From Rhynchopus sp. YZ270_cl-10 (taxonomy: Eukaryota), in assembly GCA_964035575.1 (NCBI GenBank), contig OZ037846.1, forward strand, positions 1,302,001 through 1,366,000: 64,000 bases of DNA, given 5' to 3'. Below are positions 25,161 through 36,116 of the stretch, piece after piece. The position numbers were made by a program, and so were the translations under genes. The notes below the pieces were generated by a model. The model was given only the letters and a program-made list of their open reading frames with translations. It was not told where the DNA came from and did not search any database. Positions within the stretch are counted from its first letter, which is position 1. Every line of letters begins with the position of its first letter.

Positions 25161-26038
25161 CAGTGTTTCCGCGACCCAAAAATCGGACGAAGTTCGTCCG
25201 GTAGGAAAAAAAAAAAAAAAACTGCCGGACGAAGTTCGTCCGGACGAAGTTCATCCGGGGAGTGGGAAAAATGGGTGGGGAGAGGGCCCGGGGTGGACGA
25301 GTGGGGTGCGGCCCCGCAGGGGACGCACCCCACCCCGTATAGAAAAATAAAGGCCTCCCCTCTTTGGCGTCGCGCAGATCTGCGGCCGCACTTATGGTAT
25401 CCCCCTCTATCATTCCCCTCAAACCCTTTGCGGGTTTGCGCACGGAGTACAGCATTGAACAGCTAGGCAGATTGTACGACCAGTTCTTCACCCCCCACAA
25501 ACTGTCCTACATGCATCACGATGTCGTGGGTGGGGATGCGCTGAAGCCGGTGTACAGCGACACCGCTGAACGGAAGCAGTTCCAGACAGCCAGTATTGTG
25601 CAGGGGGTTGAATTCAGTGACCTGTTGGCAGAGTGGCAAGAGCTCAAGTCGGTGTTGAGGGTGTGCACCTCAATGACAACTCTTCATGACGTTCTGATGT
25701 ATGTTGAGCTCAATGAGGAAGGTGACACCGAGTACCCTCAGATGAGGACGTTACTCCGTCTCTTGTTCACTCTTCCTGTGGGTACAAGCACAGCTGAGCG
25801 CTTATTCCACCACCCGCCACGCTTTGTTTTCGAGTATCTCGTAACGTGAGTTTCTCACCTGTTGTGTCTCACGAGAGACCGTGAGGCGAGACAACTCCGC
25901 CGGAGGCCCCCGACCCGGCGCGCGAAGCGCGCCGGGCTCGACCTGTATTGTGTTAAGCACTAGTAAAAAAAAATTTTTGGGGGGAAAAAATAACTCGTCC
26001 GCCCCCTTCGAAAACACCGGAAGAACGCGGAAACCCTG
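25161..26038 (+). mobile_element. Deleted hAT transposon retaining the C-terminal dimerisation domain
   Basis: TIR CAG(T/G)GTTTCCGCG; TSD TCTACAAA; ORF 25364-25849 with EYPQMRTLLRLLFTLPVGTSTAERLF. An empty-site paralogue of the target lies at ~28075-28120. Confidence 0.92.
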
Positions 26039-26287
26039 TCTACAAACTTAGAAAAAAAACAAAACAAAACAAAAGCACAAAGCACAAAGCAGTACCTTTT
26101 ATACCCCCCCGGTGGTGGTCACTTTGTGTTCTTGTGTCACTGTTTTGTCCTTACTTTTATCATACCCCACTCATTGCGTCACGTGCCCCAAATTGAAATT
26201 GATTTTTTCTTTTGTGTTCCACAAAAAAGAAACTGTTGGCGACCTGTCAGTTTTGGGAGTTTTGTGGAACACCATTTCTTAACTTGG

Positions 26288-26350
26288 ATAACGATTGTAA
26301 TCAAAAAAAGGTGACTAAGCAACGAGAGGCTTAGGGTCATCTTATAAACG
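26288..26350 (+). repeat. Short hairpin repeat family F1
   Basis: AAGGTGAC-TAAGC-loop-GCTTA-GG-GTCATCTT-ATAAAC; about 12 copies (4136, 4511, 6869, 22601, 22858, 23918, 26308, 24731, 27153, 43697, 47682, 60561), all on +. Confidence 0.9.
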
Positions 26351-29300
26351 TTTCTTCCTTTTTATTTTTATCAATTTTTTTTTCTTTCGAACAACGACAA
26401 AAAGAAAGAAACACACTCATCATTTGTGCTACTCAGCGCAGAAGATGAACTCGAACTAATGAAAACCAAAACCAAAAAAAAGGGGCAAAACGGCTGTAGT
26501 AATGTGGTGTGTGTCGTGTATTTTCTTCTTTTTCCACAACCTTCCTTCACCCCCTGTAAGGGTAGTCGAAGGTGAACGGTGGTGCCTTTCGAGGCAGATT
26601 CGTCTTTTCAAGTTTTTCTTTTCTTTTGGGCATCGTGGGTGAGACAACAGGAAACTTCTAGTACAGACCTTGAACCCAACCCGGTACCAGGCGATCTCAA
26701 AAAAAAAACAAACAAACAAAAAACACAGTGGATATTGCACAACTGTGGCAACACAACCGAGGCAACTACACTACTCCAAACAATTTATCAAAAAAAATAC
26801 GAATAGTGGAGCACACTCTGAGATGGCTACACTAATACAGCCAAGTTTTCAAAAATAAACAAAAAAACATAGTCTTCACACCCATTTTTTGATATCAGGT
26901 GTGAGTTTGGGTATCAGAAACACTTTTTTTTTTTTGTTTTCCTGCTTTTTCTTCTTCATTTTCCTCCCCAAATCACCTCCCATCTCAGCAATGCAGCTAT
27001 TTTGTGGCCTTTTTTTTTTTTTTTTTTGCCTCAAGCTGTGAAAGCCTGTCTTAACTATCCCGCACCACACACCCACTCCCTTTCACCACTCACAAAGAAC
27101 CCCCATATTTTGTGGAACGACTTTTTTTTTTTCTTTGAGAACGAAATGTGATCAAGGTGCCTACGCAACGGAGAGAGGCTTAGGATCATCTTATCAAACT
27201 TTTCTTTTCTTTGCAGGTGTGTTACTGGTTTTCCCTGCTTTTTAAAATACCCGGAGGACAAAAACTCTTTAGCTTGGCACTGAGATTTTTTTTACTCCCT
27301 GTATTTGCGCTTTTATTTTTTTAAACGGTGGCTAAGCAACCACGCTTACGCTTTCGTCTTACCTTTTTTTTTTTCTCCCACTCCCCCCCCCCTGAAAACC
27401 CTGGGCAGAATGGGATGTGTTTGTACCCACTCATCTTGCTCAGCGCGTTTCTTTTCTTTTATTTTCTTGTTTACGTTTTTTTGGGATTATTTTTATTCCT
27501 TCGTTTTTTTTTTTTTGCGACGTTGTGCTTCCGTCAAGGAACAAAGCCTTCCCTCAACAACCCGTGGATGAAGGCTAACCCACCATTTCTAATAACTTTC
27601 CATTTCAATAATAATATCAACAACCACAGCACGTCTGTACATAAAACAACGACCTTTCCCCAAATCTAAAATGTGAATGCATATTAACCTCTGCGACTTA
27701 AAATTTTTTTTTAAACTTACTGGTGGTGTCATCCTGGGTTTCTGAGTGGGAAAAATTGGAAATTTTCCAAAATTTTCCACAAAGTGGGGGTGTGTCTATT
27801 ATAAGGGGTATCTTGTACGTAGCGATTAGTTTTATTGATTACAGAGTCTGTAGATAAAGCTAAAAGTTAAACCCTTTCTTATCTTCGACCACCAGTAAGT
27901 CACTTAAGTCGTGCAGCTATGAGTAGGGATCCATGAGGTAAACATGAATACCCACACCACTCACATACCCCAATAGCGTTGCTGAATGGGTGCACAAAGT
28001 ACGCAAAAAAAGTGCGAATCAGCTCCCCCCCTTGAACCCCCCTTCAGCACACCCAAAACTCCCCCCCTTTTTTGTAACGCACCCTTTCTCGACTTGATTG
28101 TCTACAAATCTTAGAAAAAAAAAACAAAACTCAATACCCACAAAAACAAAAACAACAAGAGCAACCCTGCAGAATTAAAATTTTAAAAAAAATTGAGTAC
28201 AGATCCTGCACTAGCAGGTGATTGTCGACACAAAAAAAAAAAAAACAACTCCACTAATAAGCCAAGAACGCGCCCACACTCACACACATTAGGACAAATG
28301 TTTTGCTAGGGAACTACCCGGCCCCACATTTTACTTTTTTTAAACACACACAGCACACACAACACAGCTCCTTTTTTCAGCCCCCCTCCTCCTCCTCCCC
28401 CCTCAATGAATGCTGGTTACTTCCTCTTCTTCTCTTTCGCTCGAACGGCATCGTTTTTTTGTTGACACAACACAACAGTGAATACGGAATAGAGGTTGTG
28501 ACCAGCATTTTTTTTTTTTTACAGTTTCCCTTTTTTTAGCAACTCCTAAGTGAAGCCCCTCCGGGGGTTCGATAACCCCGGATTCCCCGGGTGGAGTGTG
28601 TCAGTGCCTGCGTCTCAGAGGCGGTTGCACCTATCAACCTTCACTTTTTATTTTTTGGTTTTTTTCCAGTTGGAACACAACATCCATCACAATGAAAACA
28701 ACACACTCAAGGGCATATTTCTCCTTGAAAATCTCGACAGGAGGGAGGAGGGGAGAGAGGAAAAAAATTAGTGGAGCTCATCCTCGGGTGTGTCTCACTA
28801 ATGCATCTATCTTTAAAAAAAAATCGATGAAATTGGTGGTATCATACGGTATAGCTGGCTTGAGGTGAAGCCCCAACCAGGTTCAGTGGGCATGACCCCG
28901 GGAATGCCTGTAGAGTTATCCTAACATTTTTGCTATGTTTTTTTTTATTTTGTGTGATTTTTGTGCTACACATTGCGTGACAACTGTATGTGATGATGCA
29001 ATACGGTGTGTTTGCTTTGAAACAAACGATAAATATTTTTTTACAAAAAAATAACACAGTGGGGCTGCTGCACTACACCAAAAAAAAAAAAATACACTCT
29101 CACAACTGGGTACCATTCCCGCTCCCAAGATTCCCCCCCCTACCAAATGGTCGTGCGAAGAGAAAAAAATATTGTGGCTTGCTGTCCTGTGATAGTTTGT
29201 CTATAATCAAATAATCCTCACCCCTAAGCACCACTCTCACATTTATCAGGGCTTTGGCACGAAAAAGGAGGTCTTTTTTTTTTCGTATTTTCTTTCTCTT

Positions 29301-30300
29301 TACCATGTACAGATTCTAAGACGCATGCTTGACCCTTCAGGAAGGCGTTTTTTTAGTTTTGTACTCGGTTGTTGTCGCAACCTTCACCTACAAAAATATA
29401 CTGCAAAACAAAACAAAACAAAACAAAGAGCAAACATACCAAAAAACTTCATAAAAATCCATTCAAAAAGCCAACACAACACAACACGCACCCCCCCCTC
29501 CCGGGCCCCTCGAGAGGGCTCTCAAAAGAATGAAACAAATAACCCCCCTTCTCCCTTCTTGAACAGAATTCCCTTACAACGTTGATTTTTCACCTTTCTC
29601 TCTTTTCCCATATAGATGACCGTAGCAAGGCTTAGTATCATCTGCCCCTCACCAACTATCAAGCAAAATTAAACAGAGCACAAAGCACTTTCAAAAACAT
29701 ACAAAAAAACATTTTCAATCTGCCCCTCCCCAACCTTAAGATGGCATTTTCTGGCGGGGAGAGAGATCATTTGGACGATGCTACCATTGTATTGTCTACA
29801 TGGTAGACGGCCACACCCCATCCCAATTTTCCCTTCTTTTTTTTTTTTTGAAGACGTATGCGTATGAGAGGCAGTATTCGTCTTTCAAGCGTTCCTTTTG
29901 CTTTTTTTTTTTATTCTTTTCCGAACTATCGTTCCCACACATCACTTTCCCACACTTCCCAATCCACATTGCGTTTTTTTTTTTTTTTTGAGCTATTTTT
30001 GAATATTTTGGAAGTAGATTCTGATTATTTTGTCTTTCCCCTTCCCCCTTTGCTTTTGACATTGGGTTATGTGTCCAACCCCAACCAGCAAAAAAAAAAA
30101 AAAAAAAAAAAAAATAGTGGAGCACACTCTAGGGTGGCTACACTAATACAACCAAGTTTTCAAACTAACAAAAACAAACTTTCAAACCCTACACCCCCAA
30201 ATAGCCCTGGCTCCTTATGATGAGCGTGGTCACAGGGCTGAACCCTGGTCAAGGAGCAGACCGCACCGAAACCAGAAATTAACTTTTTTTTTAAACCCTC

Positions 30301-30479
30301 TGGTGCTATGGGAAATCGGTCAACGACCTGTCAATATAGGGGGTGTGCCCTTTTTAAATTTACCATTGCATTTTGCGTGTGTTTTTTTCCCTCACCCAAA
30401 ATCGTGAGGGAAATTTTAATAATGGCACCCCTACGTCAACGACCTGTCAGCAACAATATCGACTCCCTCCGGAGCACCG
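30301..30479. mobile_element. TGGTGC-terminus MITE (second copy 61274-61419)
   Basis: TGGTGCT...AGCACC(A/G); the 61274 copy has 5-bp TSD TTCAA; CGACCTGTC internal repeats. Confidence 0.75.
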
Positions 30480-31659
30480 CCCTTCCTTTTTTTTTTTTTT
30501 TTTTTACGCACACTACTTTGTGAGCGGAAAGTGTCACGTCGTTCACTCACCCAACCGTGCTCCGCAACACCACCACTCAACAGGTGATTTTTAGTGTGTG
30601 TGGAAGCGTCAACGCATCAAACAACTACAAGAAGGGGGGTGAGGGAACGACAAGTGACACTTTTTTTATTCCTACGAAGCTTGCTTTAAAGGAGAAATAG
30701 TATTACCGGTACGGTTGCCAATCATCCCTCAAACAGGAGGATTGTGCAATCAACGAAAACAACTTTACCGATCCTACTATTTTTATTTCGTATTTCACTG
30801 GATGAAAGCACAAAAGGGTCCGGATGGTACTCTGTGCTTTTATCGGGTGCTGGCATCATAGGTGGATCAGACGGAGGTGTGCCTGCCATTTGGGTTTTGT
30901 CTTTTTGTTAGATGTTTGTACCCACAAGAGGCACGTTCATCTTTCAAATTTTATTTATTTTTCTGTTCTCAGTCTCACGTTTTTTTAAAACCAAGAATGG
31001 GAGAGGTAGAGGTGGGCTGTACTGCGAGAAAAAAGCAACAACAAATTTTTGCAGAGCGATAAAACGAAAAAGTTGTTTTTTCTTCTTCTTTTTATTCGCT
31101 TTATATCCTGAAGTCAGATCTATTTGCTATAGATGCGTTTTTAGCACGGTTCAACTCTTTGTTTTTTTTTCTCATTTCCTCCCCCCCTGAACACAACAAC
31201 ACCAACAAAAACTGGAGATGTGTACCTTAGTTGCACACCCCCCCTCCCCATGTATGACTTCCCACAACAATTCTCACGACATAAGCGTAAAAAAACGTAT
31301 ATTGTGGTTTTTAAAAAGGCGTTTTTAGACACTTTTTAATCAGTTGTGGCTGTACCAACACAGACCCCCCCTTTTTGGGCCAAAAACCTGCACTTCGGGA
31401 TCTCCGAAGTTTTTAACACTCGCACATCTACCCCTTCCCCCCGCAAGTGTATCGCAATAGGGGAGGATAGCAACGCTGTTGTGATGATTGAAAATCACTC
31501 AGAAGTGCTTTATTTTTTTTTATATTTATTTTCTACAATTCGTTTTCCGCCCCTAATAAGGGGGAAAAAAACAATGATGGATACCTATTGTCTTTTTTTG
31601 GGTATCGTACCAACTCGAGAGAGGGTTTTATGATTATTTTATAATATTATGCACACTAC

Positions 31660-32146
31660 TGGTGCTTCCCGGGGGGTGTGCATTTCACAAATTTTCACAA
31701 AATGTGACAAGTTTTCACAAATTTTCACCACACGAAAACTGCTACAAAATTGTGAAGGCTGGCGAAAAGTGGTGAAAAGTTGTGAAAAAATGTGAAAAGT
31801 TGTGAATAGTTGTGAAAAGTTGTGAATTGATTTTTTTTTTGTGAGTGCTTTTTTTTTGGGCGGGTGGTGACCCACCCATTGAGGGGCACGCTGGGATTCA
31901 CAAGATAGAACGTGATGTGGTGTACCTGTGTACCTGTGTACTGTGTGATGTGCGGAAATGACGAGAACTTGTCCATTTCGGCAAATTGACCCCACCACTG
32001 GCCGGACGGATTCCGGAAATGCAAATGCCGGCGTTTAAAAGCTTCACCAACGAGAGAAAAAAGGGTAGTGAAAAGTTGTGAATAGTTGTGAAAAGTTGTG
32101 AATTGAATTGAAAATTTGTGAAATGCATACCCCCCGGGAAGCACCA
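31660..32146. mobile_element. TGGTG-terminus TIR element, 5-bp TSD
   Basis: ~38-bp TIR TGGTGCTTCCCGGGGGGT; TSD ACTAC, confirmed by the uninterrupted F8 copy at 30507 (GCACACTACTTTGTGAGC). Confidence 0.92.
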
Positions 32147-32454
32147 ACTACTTTGTGAGCGGAAATTGTCATGTCGTTCACCCAACCGTGCTCCGCAAAG
32201 TGTGGAATGTGCATCACGGCGAGGGAACGGCAAAAGTAAACACTTTTCTAGGGAGTTCGATCGGCATTTAAAACAACTTTTTTTTTTTTTTTGCGAAAAC
32301 ACTTTCCCCCCACATGGTTTTTGAACCTTCCAACATAGTAAAGAGATTCAGACAGCTTAATAGGGGGACGGGATGTACACACACATACACACACCTCGAC
32401 CTCTTTTGCTGATGGGTCCTTTCTTCTTATTTGCTTTTTTTTTTTTTTTTTTTT

Positions 32455-34263
32455 CACGGGTCGGGAAAGATCTTTTTTTTTTTTTTTTTTTCGAGAAAAA
32501 AAAATCCTCTTCTCCCGAAAAATAACTATTTATTCACCTCCTTTTAGCGGGGTTTTATTTTGCGATAACTTCACGCATTTTTTTCCCAGGCGAGGGCTAC
32601 TTAATTTGCCGAGCGAAGCGAGGCAAATTGAGTGCACGAGCCTGGGAAAAAAATAAGTGAAGTATCGCAAAATAATCCGCTAAAAGGAGGTGAATACGTA
32701 ATTTTATTTCACGGGAAATAAAGTATACGAAAGGATTTGGCACTTTTAGCGTGACTTATTTATTGTGCAATAACTAACGAGTATGTGTCCTCACAGGAAG
32801 CTCTCAGCAGGGCGTTCGCCCCGGGGCGAAAAATATTTTTTTTCGTTAAAAAAATCTTTTCCTGAAAAAATGACATTTTATTTCGCCCCAGGGCTTCGCC
32901 CCACCGGGGCGAAACCCTGTATAAATAAATAAATAAAAAAAAAAAAAGGGGAAAAAAAAAAAAAAAAAAGAGAGAGAGATTTCTCCCCACCACCCTGTAG
33001 ACCCCCCCGGAGGGGGGGTCGCAGAGGGGTGTCCACTGTACTCAAAATCATCCGCAAACCCGCCTGCCGTGAGAGGAAGTTTCCCCAGCACTCCCGCTCC
33101 TCAATCCTGCAGTCTGCTGAAGGTGCCCCGTACCCCCTGTTATAGAAGGTGTCACTGCTCGTGTCAACTCTATCTTCAACGGCAGAGAGACGTTTTAGTT
33201 TATTGAAAATAATCAAACTAAGGATGAAGTCTCATATGACAGATGCCTCTCTCTTGTGCATCTGTTTGATTAAACAGCACAAAGAGACCCTCAGTGAGGG
33301 GGGGATTGATGAAATTCTCCATCGTTTTGCTGGTTTTAGTATCAGGAAAGTTCAGCTGTAATAGCACTTGTGCTGGGGAAGGGATCACGCGCAAATCGCA
33401 ATTTTTTTTGACCACTCAGTACCAGGGATTCACCCCCCACGAACTAGCTTCTCTCCGGCGGGAAAATTTTTTTTTGACCTATTTTAAGCACTAGTAAAAA
33501 AGCAAAAATTTCGGATTTTTTGGCATTTCGCCACGATCAGGAAAAAACGATGGCGATAGCGAACGCCCTGGCTCTCAGGGAAAAAAAAAAAAAAGAGCGT
33601 GAAAAAAAAAAAAAAAAAGCTCTCGTTACCCTCCCGCCAGCGCTACCGGGTCCCGCGGACCCCTAGATAGGCCCGCTGAGGGGCTGGCGGGATTGAGGAG
33701 GCTGGAGGGAGGCTAAAAAAGGCTGGACGGTCCCTCCAGCCCTACTACCTACATGTACCAAAATTTGGCGTGAAATTATCATTAAATAAAATCCCGCTAA
33801 AAGTGCCAAATCCTTCGTATACTTTATTTCCCAGTGGAATAAAAAAAAAAAAAAAAGATTTTTGAGAGAAAAAAAAAAAGAGAAAAGATTTGAAAATCCT
33901 GGAAAAATCCTGAAAAATCCTGGAAAAATCCATGAAATTTCATGAAAAATCTCGAGATCTTGAGAAATCTTTGAAAAAAAAAAAAAAGATTTTCAAAATC
34001 TTTTTTTTTTTTTTCCCAAAAAGATTTTTCAAAATCCCAAAAATCTTTTTTATCTTTTTTTTGAGAAAAAAAAGATTTTCAAGATCTTTTTCATCTTTTT
34101 TTCTCTTTTTTTCCTTTTTTTCCTTTTTTTTTCAGGATTTTTCAAAGATCTCAAAGATCTCGAGAGATCCTGAAAAAAAAAGACAAAAATCCTGAAAATC
34201 TTGATTTTTTTTTTTTCTCTCGAAAAAAGACAAAAAAAGACAAAAGATCTTTCCTGACCCGTG
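32455..34263. mobile_element. CACG-terminus (CMC/CACTA-like) non-autonomous element
   Basis: CACGGGTCGGGAAAGATCTTTT / AAAAGATCTTTCCTGACCCGTG in T-runs (2-bp TT TSD plausible); AGATCT/AAGATTT subterminal repeats. Confidence 0.82.
32808..33570 (+). mobile_element. Deleted hAT transposon with dimerisation-domain remnant, nested
   Basis: TIR CAGGGCGTTCGC; TSD GCTCTCAG; 33149-33361 encodes SSTAERRFSLLKIIKLRMKSHM...IDEILHRFA. Confidence 0.92.
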
Positions 34264-34932
34264 TTTTTTTTTTTTGCTGAATTTTTTTTTCTCTCTTATT
34301 CTTTTATCATTTTGCTCCCTCTGCGTTGTTTTTTTGAAAATAATAAACAACTTTTTATTGGCAGTTTCATGTTTTCAAACGCATCATCGTTGTATGTGTC
34401 AATGCAGTGCAGCCTAGATAAGATAGGCAATCAGACTCGTTGAATGCGTCAGTGACTGTGTAGTGCGTTTGCGTGTAGCCTGGGCATACATAGAAGGCGA
34501 ATTTCGTATTCCTACATTCGGATCTGAATATGGCATATTCACCTATATTCGGGTATTCGCTTTCTAGGATGCCTAGGGCAGTTAGGAGCATCGCAGACCT
34601 GCTATTGGCTCTCTTCCGCTAGAATGTACCCTCGTGCAAATTCTTTCTCTAAGTGACCACACGAGAGGGCTTAAGTTTATCATAAAATGCGTAAGGCAAC
34701 ACCGGAGGGGTAAAAAACTAAGGATTTTTGGGATTTTCAAACCTCGGAAGGTTTGTACCCCCACCCGATTGTTTGTCGTACTGGATTTCAATGATGACAT
34801 AGGTGAGTGACGACGTGAAGCAATGTTTTTTTTTTTTTAAAGGGCGACTTTGAAGTTGCGTTAGCAATTTTTTTTTATTCGCCCAATCACCGGATATTTA
34901 ACCCCCTCACATACCCGCACACATCTCCCCTC

Positions 34933-35592
34933 CAGTGTAGTCTAGCTTGCCCAAACTGCTAGTGCATCGGCACTACCTATTTAATTTTGAAAAATTTCTT
35001 GCTAGTGCCGGGCACTACCACTGGCACTACCACTTTTTTTTTCTTTTTTCAGAAAGTTTACACTTGACAGACACGCAGAGACATAAGCCTCTGAGAGTGA
35101 CCAGAACTGGCCTCATGAACAAAGTGACCCCGTCACAGCCAAAGCGCGACTCAATTGATCAAACGCCGAAGGAAAAGGTAACATGCAGCATGGCGAAATA
35201 ATAAAAGTAGCGTACCGTGCGCCTGCGGCACAAATTTGCAACCTTCCCATGACATCGTGTGGCTGTAAAAATGTACAATTTTAAGCGCAGTTTTTTGAAA
35301 TGTTGCGTACCCTGGCTTCGCCAGGAACTTTGATGCTATGACCACCGTTTCTTTTTGTACATGTACTGAGGTTACTGATAATTCGTGTCTGGTGCAAATG
35401 TCAATGAAGTTGAACTCCGCAGTTGGATACCCGGGGAATTCTCACATTCCGCCGGGGCCCCGAATTTGAGCTGGGTCGGGCTCGACCGAGTTTTGAACCT
35501 AGCGTTTTTATTATTTTTTTTTTATTTGCAAAAAAGTGGTAGTGCATGGCACTAGCTTTTTTATTTTTTTGGAAATCTCAGGGACTACGCTG
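34933..35592. mobile_element. hAT-type MITE
   Basis: CAGTGTAGTC / GACTACGCTG; 8-bp TSD CTCCCCTC; GGCACTACC subterminal repeats. Confidence 0.85.
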
Positions 35593-35872
35593 CTCCCCTC
35601 CCCCCTTTTTTTTTTGTTTTGCTTCAGCAATGCAAAAAAAAAAATAAAATCCCTTACTCATTCACCCCGCCCCTCTCCACCCCCTCCCTCACACCTCGTC
35701 TTCCACTTCTTTGTGGCGGGCCTGTATATCTCTATAAATTTAACAAAATAAAAATGCCGTTCAGGTACACGACCTACCCTCACGGGTGGTTGTAGGTTCG
35801 GCAAAAAAAAAATCAAAAAAAAAAAAAAAAAAACCTTGATGCGAACTACCCCTTTGAAGGTTCTTTTCATCC

Positions 35873-36003
35873 TAAAAGTTGCTCTTAAGGGTTCAGGACG
35901 AACGACGTCTATACCTTCCGTAGTACAAAAGGCTTCGGCCAAACATTGAGTACAGACCCGAATTCTCCCACCTGGTGGGTTTACTCGGCGATTGTCGACA
36001 CAA
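35873..36003 (+). repeat. Structured repeat family F6 (UUCG tetraloop plus variable stem)
   Basis: GGCTTCGGCC...ATTGAGTACAGAYCC[variable hairpin]GGYGATTGTCGACAC. Copies at 9603, 21707, 28192, 41183; 3' stubs at 25051, 54086, 61802; all on +. Confidence 0.85.
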
Positions 36004-36116
36004 CAAAAAAAATCGGTCTTTTGCGGAGTGTCATATCCAGAACCGAAAAAAAAGACGTACTGGGAGTCGGTTCACATCTTCAAGCGCGTATGTAAAAGTG
36101 TACATAAGACCTTCCA

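Noticed and set aside
26308..26343. Pistol ribozyme in F1 (CCCTAAGC on the minus strand)
   Set aside because: The match is explained by a simple hairpin; no P1/pseudoknot/P3 arrangement.
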